From positions 1-25,818 of IMG/VR virus record IMGVR_UViG_3300037467_000377: 25,818 bases of DNA; one strand, given 5' to 3'. The position numbers and the translations under genes are program-made. Below the pieces are notes generated by a model. It was not told the origin of the DNA. It worked only from the letters and a program-made list of their open reading frames with translations, and did no database searches. How positions within the stretch are numbered: position 1 is the first letter of the stretch; every line of letters begins with the position of its first letter. Source of the DNA: a virus (taxonomy: Duplodnaviria > Caudoviricetes). Of the stretch, positions 12,238 through 21,578 are shown piece by piece.

Positions 12238-13937
12238 TATTTTTTCTCACGAATGCGGACGCCACCACCCATATCCTGCCAACCATCAACGTTAGCAGGC
12301 TTTGCCGCAGCCGAGAGGGCGCTCGCTTTCTCGGCCAAATCGCCAAATACGTTTCGTTGAGATAGCTCTTTTCTCCATTGGCGCTCAAATTTTTCGTAGG
12401 GAATTTTGTTTTCGCGCGCTTCCGCCCACTTATCAGCCCGCTCAATAGACAACTGGGCTTCTCGCGCTTTAGCCTCAAGCAGAATTTGGTTGGCCTCTGG
12501 GCGATTTGCCAAACTCGGCTGAATGCGAGTGATAAAATCGCGGTCAGTGTTGGAAAAGTTGTTCGCCGGCATCCCACCTTCGCCGCCGATTGACCCAAGC
12601 GTGAATTTATTGATGAGAGCCGTAGCCGCTTCCGCCGTTGCAGGTAGCGCCGGATTGATACGAATCATGGCCGGGTCGAGTCCAACCGACTGCATCCAAG
12701 AACCTATCGTTGCACCAGTCTGAGCGAGCTTACCTGTTTGAATGTCCGTCAAAAGGCGATTCAACAGACCAATGTTTTGAATATCCGTCGCCGCCTTATC
12801 GCCGCTGGCTATGACAGAAAGGGCGCGCTTGCCCATTCCTTGGCCATATTCCTTTTCGAACTCATCGGGGGCACGTTGATCAATCGTCGTGACGGGCTTG
12901 CCGGCCTCTTTTAGTTTTGTCTGATATTCAAGCAGACCAAGCGGCGCTTCGCCTCGCCCCTTGCGTTCAGCATTGATCGCAGCAAGCTCTCTCATATCAT
13001 TCGTGGGAACCGAGTCCTTAAGCTGGTTCTGCAACAGGATACCCAGCACCTTCTTCGTACCGTCAGACACATAGGGCGAGGCCATGCCACGGATGAGTGC
13101 CGGATTGAGGGCGGGCTGCTGGGCTTGCGCGACTTGTACTGGAGCCTGCGTCGGCTGTGCCTGCGCATTTCCACCAGGAGTCGGTAAGCCTCGCGCGATG
13201 CTGCCAACCTTGTTTGCATATCCAGGATCACTGGCGTAGCCACTCGCCCCTAATGCCGCGATTTGGCTTTCAAGGTCCGGTGCCTGCTTCAGCGCCGCAT
13301 AGCGCGGATTGCGATTGATGAAATCAGCATAATCATTCACGCTATCGGCCGGCGAAGCATACGCGCGAAAGCTGTCGGTCGTTTGCACCGGTTGTCCGTT
13401 CACAACTTCACTGGTTGGCAAGACATTGCCGCCCGGCTGGCCATGTGATTTGATGCCGAACAAATTCCCGCCCGGCGCAGACTTGCCCCAACCACTCTCA
13501 ACGGCGGCCTGCGCGATGATGACGCGAGGATCTACGCCCGTTTTCGCGGAGGCTTCCTGAGCGAGCGGCATTAGGCCAGTAACAAAGTCTTCCTTGCCTA
13601 CCGGAATCTTAGTCTGTCCCATCGGAGCGGAGACGGGGGGGATACCAGCCGCCGGCTCGGCCGCAGTTGAGGCGGCTGGCGCAGGAACGGATTGCCCCAT
13701 CATCGCCGCGATAAGCTTATTGTTGGTTTCTTCATTGGCGCGCGAAGCTTCATTCGCCTCGCGAGCCAGCAAACCGCCCGACATAGCCTGCGCAACACGA
13801 GCTGCGCCCTGTGTCCAGTGCTTCACAGGGTCATAAGACGAACCTGCCTGCATCATCGATTGCGCGACTTTGCGCTGAGATGCGATTTCTTCCGGCGTCA
13901 GTTGCGCGCCGCCACTTCCCCAAATGAAGCCGGCCAT
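12237..13937 (-). CDS. internal virion protein with GH73 (FlgJ/glucosaminidase-like) peptidoglycan hydrolase domain
   Basis: IAQAAVESGWG, NLFGIK, FRAYAS..DS..DY..FI..NPRY, GYASDPGYANK. Confidence 0.9.
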   Translation of the reverse strand: MAGFIWGSGGAQLTPEEIASQRKVAQSMMQAGSSYDPVKHWTQGAARVAQAMSGGLLAREANEASRANEETNNKLIAAMMGQSVPAPAASTAAEPAAGIPPVSAPMGQTKIPVGKEDFVTGLMPLAQEASAKTGVDPRVIIAQAAVESGWGKSAPGGNLFGIKSHGQPGGNVLPTSEVVNGQPVQTTDSFRAYASPADSVNDYADFINRNPRYAALKQAPDLESQIAALGASGYASDPGYANKVGSIARGLPTPGGNAQAQPTQAPVQVAQAQQPALNPALIRGMASPYVSDGTKKVLGILLQNQLKDSVPTNDMRELAAINAERKGRGEAPLGLLEYQTKLKEAGKPVTTIDQRAPDEFEKEYGQGMGKRALSVIASGDKAATDIQNIGLLNRLLTDIQTGKLAQTGATIGSWMQSVGLDPAMIRINPALPATAEAATALINKFTLGSIGGEGGMPANNFSNTDRDFITRIQPSLANRPEANQILLEAKAREAQLSIERADKWAEARENKIPYEKFERQWRKELSQRNVFGDLAEKASALSAAAKPANVDGWQDMGGGVRIREKK

Positions 13938-13939
13938 TG

Positions 13940-14920
13940 TCAGCCCCCCACCACGCGGGAGTAATCGACCATGCGATAGCCTTGATGATCGATCGCGACA
14001 GCATCAGGAATCGCCACCTCAACCTCATCGGCCATAACGCCAAGTTCGGTTTCTCCGCCAATCTTGTAGACATAGACCGGCAGGCCATTATCAAGAGCGC
14101 CGACGCGGCGAATATCAGACTTCAAGCGGCGGTCGGAATACTTATAAATGCCCATCCCGCCAATTGTGCCGCCAAGGCCGAACAGACCACCCATCATCGC
14201 GTTCTGCTGTCCAAGCTGGGCATTATAGCCTTGCATCTGCGCATTGTAGTTGTCGCGCACGAGGCCCGTATAATCGACTCCGGCAACGGGCGTCTGAGGC
14301 GTATTGACGAAATTCGGGTTGCTCACCTGCGAGCCGGACATAAGCGCGGAGATTTCGTTGATGGGCGCGTTACGCTCCGCCATCAGTTCTTGGTTCGCCT
14401 GCCCGCGCCCGGTCAGCAGCAGTTGATTATAAGCATCGTTCCGCCCGCTATCGAAGTCGCGCATCGCTGCGGTATAAGCCGCAGACCCTTGCTGAATCCC
14501 CTTGTTGGCAAGGTTCGCTTCAAGTTGCTGCTGACGCTGTGCGAACATTGGGTCAAGGCGCTTGGAACCAAGCTCAAACAACCGAGACTCCGTAGCCTCG
14601 TTTCCAAGCTTGATTGGCGTTCCGAGCAAGTCACCGATACGAGCAGACTGGTCCTTGCCGATATTGGCAATGTTTTGCTTGGTGATTTGGTTGGTATTGA
14701 AAATCTTCTGGGCTTCAGGCGTAAGCGAAGTAGTCGCCGTGAAGCGCGGAGTGCCGTCAGCCCAGGTTCCGTTCTGCGAATAGGTCAGCGATCCGTCTGG
14801 GGTGATTTGGTTAGTCGCGTTGAGGCCAGCTTGGGTGATGGCGGTCTCACGATTCATCGTCGCTTGCGCGTTAGCCGTAGCTACCGGATCGGGCGCGGGA
14901 GGCGGATCAGGAGAGTCCAT
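13940..14920 (-). CDS. internal virion/pilot-type protein with C-terminal peptidase S74 (intramolecular chaperone) domain
   Basis: Gln/Asn/Ala-rich body, Gly-rich hydrophobic stretch, then YSDRRLKSDI...GVMADEV...PDAV...GYRMVDY. Confidence 0.85.
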   Translation of the reverse strand: MDSPDPPPAPDPVATANAQATMNRETAITQAGLNATNQITPDGSLTYSQNGTWADGTPRFTATTSLTPEAQKIFNTNQITKQNIANIGKDQSARIGDLLGTPIKLGNEATESRLFELGSKRLDPMFAQRQQQLEANLANKGIQQGSAAYTAAMRDFDSGRNDAYNQLLLTGRGQANQELMAERNAPINEISALMSGSQVSNPNFVNTPQTPVAGVDYTGLVRDNYNAQMQGYNAQLGQQNAMMGGLFGLGGTIGGMGIYKYSDRRLKSDIRRVGALDNGLPVYVYKIGGETELGVMADEVEVAIPDAVAIDHQGYRMVDYSRVVGG

Positions 14921-15310
14921 CTAGAATTTCCAGTCTTCGCGAAGAATACCAAGGATCATGCCGTCCCGGCCTTCGCCAAAATGGTTGCGTTTGCGGCCTT
15001 CGGTCTGAGCGCCAAGCCGATGAAGAAGGTCAACAACGTGGGACTGTTCGGTCGTAAAAGACGCTCTAAGACAGCCCATCTCGCGGAATACATAATCCGC
15101 AATCCGCCGGATGAACGCGCGAGTAAAGGCGCGCTTTTCGCCGGCAATTGTCAGTTCAACGGCGCAGCCGTTATATCCATTGAACACGATACCCGCGATC
15201 ATCTCACCGTCGCATTCCAACCCCATCGCTACGAGCGGTGGCCAGAACCGCAATCCCGTCCGCTGCTCCACATACAGGACCGGCTCTTGTCCGGTCACGA
15301 TGCGCTTCAT
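14921..15310 (-). CDS. GNAT-fold acetyltransferase-like morphogenesis protein (P22 gp14 position)
   Basis: YVFREMGCLR, LLHRLGAQTEGRKR, GILREDW resemble RimJ/RimL-type GNATs. Position between tail hub and ejection genes. Confidence 0.8.
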   Translation of the reverse strand: MKRIVTGQEPVLYVEQRTGLRFWPPLVAMGLECDGEMIAGIVFNGYNGCAVELTIAGEKRAFTRAFIRRIADYVFREMGCLRASFTTEQSHVVDLLHRLGAQTEGRKRNHFGEGRDGMILGILREDWKF

Positions 15311-16977
15311 GTAACGGTCGGCGCGAGTTCGTAAGTCAAGTCAGTCTGGATCAATTCGGCGCTTGGCACCTGAATCGACCCCGACGTGATCTGAGTTGCG
15401 ACAGACACCGAATAACCCTGTCCAGGAGCGGATTTCCATGTCTGGAAAGTCTGCTTGGCCGCCTCATCACCCCAGAGCGATTCACCCCAGACCGCTGTGC
15501 CCCACAGGGCACCTGCCGGTACGGACGTGTCGGACGGAGCCGCCGGCAACCGGATGCGATAATCGGTTTGAAGTGAGAGGCGCGCCGTGACGGGACTATT
15601 CGCCCGTAGCACAGCGCGAGCCTGCAAGCCGTTTTTCTGCGAAGCCGGGGTTTTCAGCGGATCGAAAAGCGGAACGCAAGTCGCCGTATACGTTAGCGCC
15701 TCATCATAACCGGTAACTTCAGCCTCGATAACGCGACCTTCCGAGGTTCCAAAAAACAACCTATCTCCGAAAAGGCCAAGGCACGTTGGTGCCCAACCAT
15801 AGAACTCTGACCATGCGCCAGTACGAGCGTTGGCGACATAGATAATGGGATCATCGCCACTCGACCTTGGGAACGATACTAAAACCATCTGCTTGGTCGG
15901 CCAGACCTCGCACTGCCATTCCGTGGTTGGGCGATCCTCCACAATTTGGTTCCACGCAGTTTCGATCTTGTACGAAATAGCAGCGGGCGACAGAGCGGCG
16001 TAGTCGCGCTGAACAGCGGTCGAAAGCGGCACAAAACCCACGTCCGTAGCAATCACAAGATCGCCGCCCGCATGGATGAATGCCTTCGGACCACGCGGTT
16101 TGCCGATGCGATATACGCCAACCTTTGTCCAGCTATCGGCGCTGCTAGGATCGTCGCCTTGATAGACTGCCGCCTCACCTTCAGTGGTGATAAAGACGCA
16201 CTGCTCGTTCAAGCCGTTCCCAGTTTCGATCGACCACGTTGCGCCAAGCATCAGCGAACCGCCGCGCGTGAACACACCACCAAGCGGTAACTTTACCGCT
16301 GCGCCGCCGATGCTATCGACCGGCAGATACCAAGCGTCGAGGCTATCGCGCTCGATAAAGAACAACCGGCGCTTATAGGCCCAGACGAATTTCAGTGCGG
16401 TCGGATCGGTAATTCCCGTGATGGCCGGTGCCGTATCCCAGTCAGCGCCGTCATACAACAAAGGCGTGTCGGCACCGTTGACAGCTCTCAGAAACACTCC
16501 GCCCGAGGTTGCGAATTGCACAACCGACCAGCGCCCATCGGTTGACGAAATGCCAGGTTCAGCCGGGTTACTTCCGGAAAGAACGATGAACCTACCCTCA
16601 TCGTCAACGAGGAAATTCCCATCATCATCAACGAGAAATTGATCTTCAGAGTATGCGACTGTCGTAATGTCGTAGATTCCGCTATCATTGGCGGCAAAGA
16701 AATGACGATTGTTGCCGTTGATGTAGCTAAACAGGGACCGAACTGGCGCACCCTCGGCGCCGATAATCGCGTATCGCTGCGACCCGCCGCGCATGCGGAT
16801 GCCCGTCGCGGTCGGAAACCAGTTTCGCAGCATCGCCGCACCGTAGATACGGCTGCCGTCCGGCGTACGCGCGTTCGGAACAGCAAGATTCTCGTTCACA
16901 ATCCACCCACTGACCGGGGCCGGAAAGCTGGCGAGCTTGGCCACCTGCGGCTTGGTCTTCTGAGCGGGGGTGCGCAT
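15307..16977 (-). CDS. tail hub / packaged-DNA stabilisation protein (P22 gp10 / tail tubular B-like)
   Basis: 556 aa beta-rich protein following the adaptor gene, with N-terminal FPAPVSGW and NWFP motifs. Call relies on podovirus synteny. Confidence 0.75.
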   Translation of the reverse strand: MRTPAQKTKPQVAKLASFPAPVSGWIVNENLAVPNARTPDGSRIYGAAMLRNWFPTATGIRMRGGSQRYAIIGAEGAPVRSLFSYINGNNRHFFAANDSGIYDITTVAYSEDQFLVDDDGNFLVDDEGRFIVLSGSNPAEPGISSTDGRWSVVQFATSGGVFLRAVNGADTPLLYDGADWDTAPAITGITDPTALKFVWAYKRRLFFIERDSLDAWYLPVDSIGGAAVKLPLGGVFTRGGSLMLGATWSIETGNGLNEQCVFITTEGEAAVYQGDDPSSADSWTKVGVYRIGKPRGPKAFIHAGGDLVIATDVGFVPLSTAVQRDYAALSPAAISYKIETAWNQIVEDRPTTEWQCEVWPTKQMVLVSFPRSSGDDPIIYVANARTGAWSEFYGWAPTCLGLFGDRLFFGTSEGRVIEAEVTGYDEALTYTATCVPLFDPLKTPASQKNGLQARAVLRANSPVTARLSLQTDYRIRLPAAPSDTSVPAGALWGTAVWGESLWGDEAAKQTFQTWKSAPGQGYSVSVATQITSGSIQVPSAELIQTDLTYELAPTVT

Positions 16978-17669
16978 CAGCCAAGCGGTCCGGGATAGGC
17001 TGGCATAGCCCCAACGGGTATGCGCGTCAGACCAACAACCAGCGTCCGCGATCCCTTGTCGCGGGCAATCTCCTCCGAAAGCGCAATTTCATAGTTGCGG
17101 AGGTCTTCCGCGTATTCGTAACGCTTTTGCGCCCGCCAGCGCCAAATAAGCGCGAGCTTAATCAATCGCTCTGGCAGAACAAAAGAATCATCATCGGCTG
17201 TGAAGGTCGCTTTGAGCGCACCAGTGCTGGGACGGACAATCGTATTGCGCACGTAATAGAACTTTGCCGAGGTGTCGGAGCCTAGAGCTGGCAGCACCTG
17301 CATCTGCCCGCCGATGATGATCCAGTAGCCAGGAGCACCCGACACGCCACGAATCTGCATATCAAGCCAGAAATCCAAATCACGCGCTTTTACCAGTGGC
17401 ATCGCGAATTGCGTGGTCATAACCGCGCCCTTTGCTGGCATCCGGTCATAGTCGGACGGCAGGTTGAACGCCGTGGTTGAGCCGTCACCTGCCATCGTGT
17501 TCAGGGAGGTGAGCGCCTGCCAGTCATGCGCCTTGGCAATCGCGGTCGCTGCCTCATTGGCGAGCGTACGCAATTCCTTGGCGAACGGCTCGGTGCTGGT
17601 GAACACGGACGAAAGATCGTCCTGGTTCAAGACAACCGAAACGTCCTGACAGACGCTCAGAATGGTCAT
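16977..17669 (-). CDS. head-to-tail adaptor (P22 gp4 / tail tubular A-like)
   Basis: MTILSVCQDV, HDWQAL, FNLPSDYDR, LIKLALIWRWR; size and synteny fit. Confidence 0.8.
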   Translation of the reverse strand: MTILSVCQDVSVVLNQDDLSSVFTSTEPFAKELRTLANEAATAIAKAHDWQALTSLNTMAGDGSTTAFNLPSDYDRMPAKGAVMTTQFAMPLVKARDLDFWLDMQIRGVSGAPGYWIIIGGQMQVLPALGSDTSAKFYYVRNTIVRPSTGALKATFTADDDSFVLPERLIKLALIWRWRAQKRYEYAEDLRNYEIALSEEIARDKGSRTLVVGLTRIPVGAMPAYPGPLG

Positions 17670-18361
17670 GCAGCGGCTTTCTGTTTAAGCTCAGCGTTGA
17701 CTTCATCCGCCCGCTTGACCAGCGTGGCGTGGCTTGGATTGCCCTTCGGACGCTCGCCCGTGGCCTCCTCGATCCAGTTTTTGATGTCGTCCGCTTCCAT
17801 CTGCTCGAACGGGGAAGCGCATTCAGCAGTCGGCGCGACTTTTTCGCGTAACGCCTTGTTCTCAGCCTCAACGGCAGCGAGACGGCGCAACAGTTCGGCA
17901 TTGCCGGCGCTGCCCTTGGCAACGTCGAGATAGGCCTGAGCCTGCGTCTTCAGATCGCGCCCGCCCATACCAAGCTGCTTGAGCGCATTGCCATCAAGAG
18001 CGGCAAGCGTTTCCGCAGTATAGATGCTGAGCGCCTTCAGCTCATGGCGCTTGGCTTGGGTCAGGAACGGCAGTTCCTCAATCGGTGTGCCTTCCATCGC
18101 CTGTGCGCTGCCAGCCTTGAATCTTTTGTACTGTTCGGGGAAGCGCATCGCATAGGTGATTTCCTGACGGATGCCGTCAATGTCACCGATCTGCCAGACC
18201 TCGTGCGCGGGGAAGACCGCAAGGGTTTGCTTGTTCGCGGCAGTGCGGATTTCAACGCACTCGATATCCTTGAAGATCGGGCGGCCCTCTTTCTGAGAAG
18301 CCTTCTTGTCTTCAATGGTGTGAATGAAAAAGCGCGGGACAACGAGGTCTTTATCGGACAT
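17666..18361 (-). CDS. conserved phage head-module hypothetical protein
   Basis: 231 aa with an HhH-like segment (PIEELPFLT..KRHELKALSIYTAETLA), a coiled coil and a short C-terminal helical domain. RBS AGGA. Confidence 0.75.
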   Translation of the reverse strand: MSDKDLVVPRFFIHTIEDKKASQKEGRPIFKDIECVEIRTAANKQTLAVFPAHEVWQIGDIDGIRQEITYAMRFPEQYKRFKAGSAQAMEGTPIEELPFLTQAKRHELKALSIYTAETLAALDGNALKQLGMGGRDLKTQAQAYLDVAKGSAGNAELLRRLAAVEAENKALREKVAPTAECASPFEQMEADDIKNWIEEATGERPKGNPSHATLVKRADEVNAELKQKAAA

Positions 18362-18390
18362 GGTTCCTGTTCCGTCTGAGGGAGTGCTAA

Positions 18391-18420
18391 AGGAAAAGGG
18401 GCGACCCGAAGACCGCCCCT
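18391..18420 (-). terminator. intrinsic terminator after the decoration gene
   Basis: AGGGGCGGUC-UUCG-GGUCGCCCCU followed by UUUCC; cUUCGg tetraloop. Confidence 0.8.
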
Positions 18421-18439
18421 CAAAGTGTCTGGAGAGAGA

Positions 18440-18940
18440 TTACGCCGCGAGCGCGTCGTCCATCCAAGGACGGCTGATTTCGAACTCGGCAAGACCCGCC
18501 GAAGGAGTGTCAACAGCAGAAGCGCCCTTGGCATTCTTCACGCGGTCGCCGGCAACAACGGCGTCGTCAACGCTGCCGGCGGTTGAAGTGGCATAAACGT
18601 TGGCATCGTCCGCAAAGCCCGTCAGAGCCTTGCCAACCGCCTTGCCGCTGATTTGATACCAGCCATATTCGCTAGCCACACAGGCCGACATGGCGACGGC
18701 AACCGGGCCGATCGCATTGGCGGCAAGCAACGTGGTCGAATAGTCGTCCGTGTTGTAGGTCACCCACGACCCAACGCCCGTGCTGGCCGCGCCCTTGAGA
18801 TAGATGAACTCACCCACCCCATAGGTCGGATCAACCGCACGAACGATATCACCCAGTTTCCACGGAGAGGCGTAACCGGCCGCGAGGTGGTCGGCAATTG
18901 CCGGCGCACCAACCTGCGGCGTCATGAGAGTGTAAGCCAT
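18440..18940 (-). CDS. capsid decoration / cement protein
   Basis: 166 aa, Ala/Gly/Val-rich, motifs GEFIYLKG and YGWYQISG. Directly after the major capsid gene, RBS AAAGGAG. Confidence 0.7.
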   Translation of the reverse strand: MAYTLMTPQVGAPAIADHLAAGYASPWKLGDIVRAVDPTYGVGEFIYLKGAASTGVGSWVTYNTDDYSTTLLAANAIGPVAVAMSACVASEYGWYQISGKAVGKALTGFADDANVYATSTAGSVDDAVVAGDRVKNAKGASAVDTPSAGLAEFEISRPWMDDALAA

Positions 18941-18962
18941 AAGATGGCTCCTTTCTGCGAAT

Positions 18963-18997
18963 GGAAAAGAAAAGAGCCGAGCATGAGGCCCGGCTCC
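18963..18997 (-). terminator. intrinsic terminator after the major capsid gene
   Basis: GAGCCGGGC-CUCAU-GCUCGGCUC followed by UUUUCUUUU. Confidence 0.8.
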
Positions 18998-19012
18998 TAT
19001 TGATGCGTTGGA

Positions 19013-20032
19013 TTACGACGCGGTGTCGCTGTCGTAGAACTTCCAGTTGAACAGCGGGTTCACCATGGTCAACTCGCCCATCCAGCCGATGTACTGGACA
19101 ATCGCGTCCTGATTGATCGGCTTCATACCCTCGCCCTCGAACAGCTTGGAGAAGTTGCGGTTCGGGTTGTAGCGAATGCGGAGCGACTGAGTGTCGATTC
19201 CGTAGGTGACGTTCGCCGGCATGTTGGAGCCAATGCCGCCGTCCTGAACGATCTCAGCCTGGCGACCGGCGCCGAAATACTTGAGCGACTGGAAGCCGAG
19301 CTTGCCGAGGCTGGTTTCGTCCGTGATGCGCTGGATCGCTACCGTGGCCGCGTCATACGCCGCATAGTGTTCCGGCGACATGAGAAGCAGATCGGCGCCT
19401 CGCTTGCCGCGCGACCGTTGTGTCATGATGCGGTTGAGCATCGGACGAATCGTGGTGGACGTAACCTGCGTACCGATATCCGGGAAATCGTTATCGGCAT
19501 CGAAGGTGGACGTGCGCCAGATGGCATAGCTGGAACGCGAGATGCCGCCGTACGTGCCAGAGTTGGTCACGGTCGGAACTGCGACTTTCAGACCGCCGAG
19601 CTGCTTGCCACCATTGGCCGTACCATCCGAGTGGATAGCAGCATCCATGGTGTCGTTCAGCGAGCGTTCCGCCGCCTCGATATACGAGCGCATCACCGCG
19701 CGGAGCTGGTTTTCGCCCTGGTTGTTCAGAATCTCCTCGTAGGAGAGCGTAACCGGGACGGCGACCATCTTCGGGGTGAAGTACGCATCGTTGAACAGCT
19801 CAACGGGCGGCGCATCGAGGAAGTCATAACCGTTGTACCACTGCCCATCGGGTTTATCGATTTGCAGGGTTTCGCGAATGCGAGGGCCGGAATATTCCTG
19901 CCACAGATTCTTGCGGTTCATCACCGCGAGGAGCGCATTGCCGTTGGACACAAGGTCCTGATAGCCCTTGGAACGATCTTCCAGAGCCATCGACAAGACC
20001 TGCTGATAGGCCTCTGCCGAGTTGATAGACAT
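19013..20032 (-). CDS. major capsid protein
   Basis: 339 aa after the scaffold gene and followed by a terminator. Motifs DLVSNGNALL, WYNGYD.L, GTYGGISR, LGFQSLKY; strongly biased codon usage. Confidence 0.88.
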   Translation of the reverse strand: MSINSAEAYQQVLSMALEDRSKGYQDLVSNGNALLAVMNRKNLWQEYSGPRIRETLQIDKPDGQWYNGYDFLDAPPVELFNDAYFTPKMVAVPVTLSYEEILNNQGENQLRAVMRSYIEAAERSLNDTMDAAIHSDGTANGGKQLGGLKVAVPTVTNSGTYGGISRSSYAIWRTSTFDADNDFPDIGTQVTSTTIRPMLNRIMTQRSRGKRGADLLLMSPEHYAAYDAATVAIQRITDETSLGKLGFQSLKYFGAGRQAEIVQDGGIGSNMPANVTYGIDTQSLRIRYNPNRNFSKLFEGEGMKPINQDAIVQYIGWMGELTMVNPLFNWKFYDSDTAS

Positions 20033-20050
20033 TATTCTAGTCCTTTGAGA

Positions 20051-21202
20051 TTAGGACACCCGCGCGAATGCTCGCTTCAGGGCGTCATCAATTGTGGTGG
20101 ACGGCTCTGTCCGTGCCTGCGGAGGTGATCCGCGCGACGGAGCGCCGCTGATTGATTTCGTGCCTTTGGTGTGAGCATCGGCAGGAGCCGGGATGACCGG
20201 CGCAGGATTAGGCTCATTCTTTTGCGGTGCGGGGTTGAGCCGTTCCGCCAGGGAATAAGCTTCGGGCAAATCTTTGGCGCGACCCGACTTCATGAAGAAG
20301 GCGATATCATCGGCCAGTTCGTCAAAGCGGGGATGATCCGCTGCGAATTTCGTAACCTCATTCAGCGTGGCTTGCTGCTGTTGCTGCTGGATCGTCTGCG
20401 TCACGCCGCCGATCTGCTGCGTCAGTTGCTCCACCTGCTGCCGCAGTTCGCGAATGGTCGCGTCCTGCTTGCTCGAAACGTCTTCGGGCGTCTGGCCCAT
20501 GATATGCGCCGCAATATCGCGCAGCGACAGACCCAGACGATTAGCCAGTGTTTCAAAGCCACCAATCGGGTCTTTGCGGAGCGCCTGCTCCATCTGGTAA
20601 TATTCACGGAATACGTCCGCGCCCTTCTTGCCGAAGGACTTGGCGAGGTCGTCTAGCTCGCGGTAGGACTCATAAGCCTCCGCACTGGCGCGGTGCTTCT
20701 CGTAACCCTGCGTAAGCTCGCGCTCCATGCGCGCCACTTCGCCCCGGACGTTCTCAGGCACCGTGGCCCAAGCAGCCTTTGCATCGTCGGAGAACCGCTT
20801 GGGCGCGTCGCCAGCCGTGTAGCTCGGCTTAACCGGCTCCGCGTTCTGTTGCGGCTGTTCCTTCGGGGCGAACTTCCCGCCCTCACCACGGGGCTGCGCC
20901 GGCTTATCCGTCTCGACCGTTGCGGTCTTCGGTTCGGCCTTCACCTCTACGGGCTTGGCTGCTTCCGCCTTTTTCGCTTCCTGCTTTTCGCTGACCTTGG
21001 CGAAAGCCTTTTTCAGCGCCTCGTCCGGAGTCTTGGACACCTCGGACTTGACAGGCTCGCTCTTTACCTCTTCCGGCGCCTCCTGATTGATCTCAGGCCC
21101 GCCCGATTCAATCGGCGTTACCGTGTTCGCCGGGGCTTCCGAAATAGGAGCAAGATTAGCTGCAGGCGCAGCATCAGCCGCGCCCGTAAGAGCGTCCGTC
21201 AT
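20051..21202 (-). CDS. capsid scaffolding protein
   Basis: Charged Ala/Glu/Pro/Lys-rich N-terminus with RGEGGKFA, coiled coils, FAADHPRF, LPEAY..A. Between portal and capsid genes. Confidence 0.8.
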   Translation of the reverse strand: MTDALTGAADAAPAANLAPISEAPANTVTPIESGGPEINQEAPEEVKSEPVKSEVSKTPDEALKKAFAKVSEKQEAKKAEAAKPVEVKAEPKTATVETDKPAQPRGEGGKFAPKEQPQQNAEPVKPSYTAGDAPKRFSDDAKAAWATVPENVRGEVARMERELTQGYEKHRASAEAYESYRELDDLAKSFGKKGADVFREYYQMEQALRKDPIGGFETLANRLGLSLRDIAAHIMGQTPEDVSSKQDATIRELRQQVEQLTQQIGGVTQTIQQQQQQATLNEVTKFAADHPRFDELADDIAFFMKSGRAKDLPEAYSLAERLNPAPQKNEPNPAPVIPAPADAHTKGTKSISGAPSRGSPPQARTEPSTTIDDALKRAFARVS

Positions 21203-21236
21203 GGTCGTGTCCTGTCTGAGAGGGTGCTAGTAGGGC

Positions 21237-21578
21237 TTACGCCCGCTTCTGTTGCGGCCTTGCGCCGCTCTTGAATTGATCAAATGCCCGGTCAACAGCC
21301 GAGGCTATGGCCTTCTTATCCGGCGATGACCGTTTAAACGGCTTATGCCGCGCCGGATCGTTCCCGACCTCAATCATGCCAAGCCGCTTGTATTCCGCGC
21401 GGATAGCACTCTTGCTGGTGTAGACCTCACCGGAGGCCATGCTCTGCGTCTCCGGCATCTCATCGCTGAAGACGAGCGGACACGGCAGGCTGGAACGCTT
21501 GGGCGCTACTTTCGGCTTACGCACAATCTCGATTGGCTTGGACCAATCAATGAGCTTGTAGTTTTCCTTATAACTCAT
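21237..21578 (-). CDS. small protein between portal and scaffold
   Basis: ATGA-coupled to the portal gene; motif SMASGEVYTSKSAIR..YKRLG.IEVGND. Confidence 0.75.
   Translation of the reverse strand: MSYKENYKLIDWSKPIEIVRKPKVAPKRSSLPCPLVFSDEMPETQSMASGEVYTSKSAIRAEYKRLGMIEVGNDPARHKPFKRSSPDKKAIASAVDRAFDQFKSGARPQQKRA

Noticed and set aside
13937-15334. 465-aa + strand ORF
   Set aside because: Antisense shadow of the S74-domain and GNAT genes, typical of GC-rich coding DNA; no recognisable motifs.
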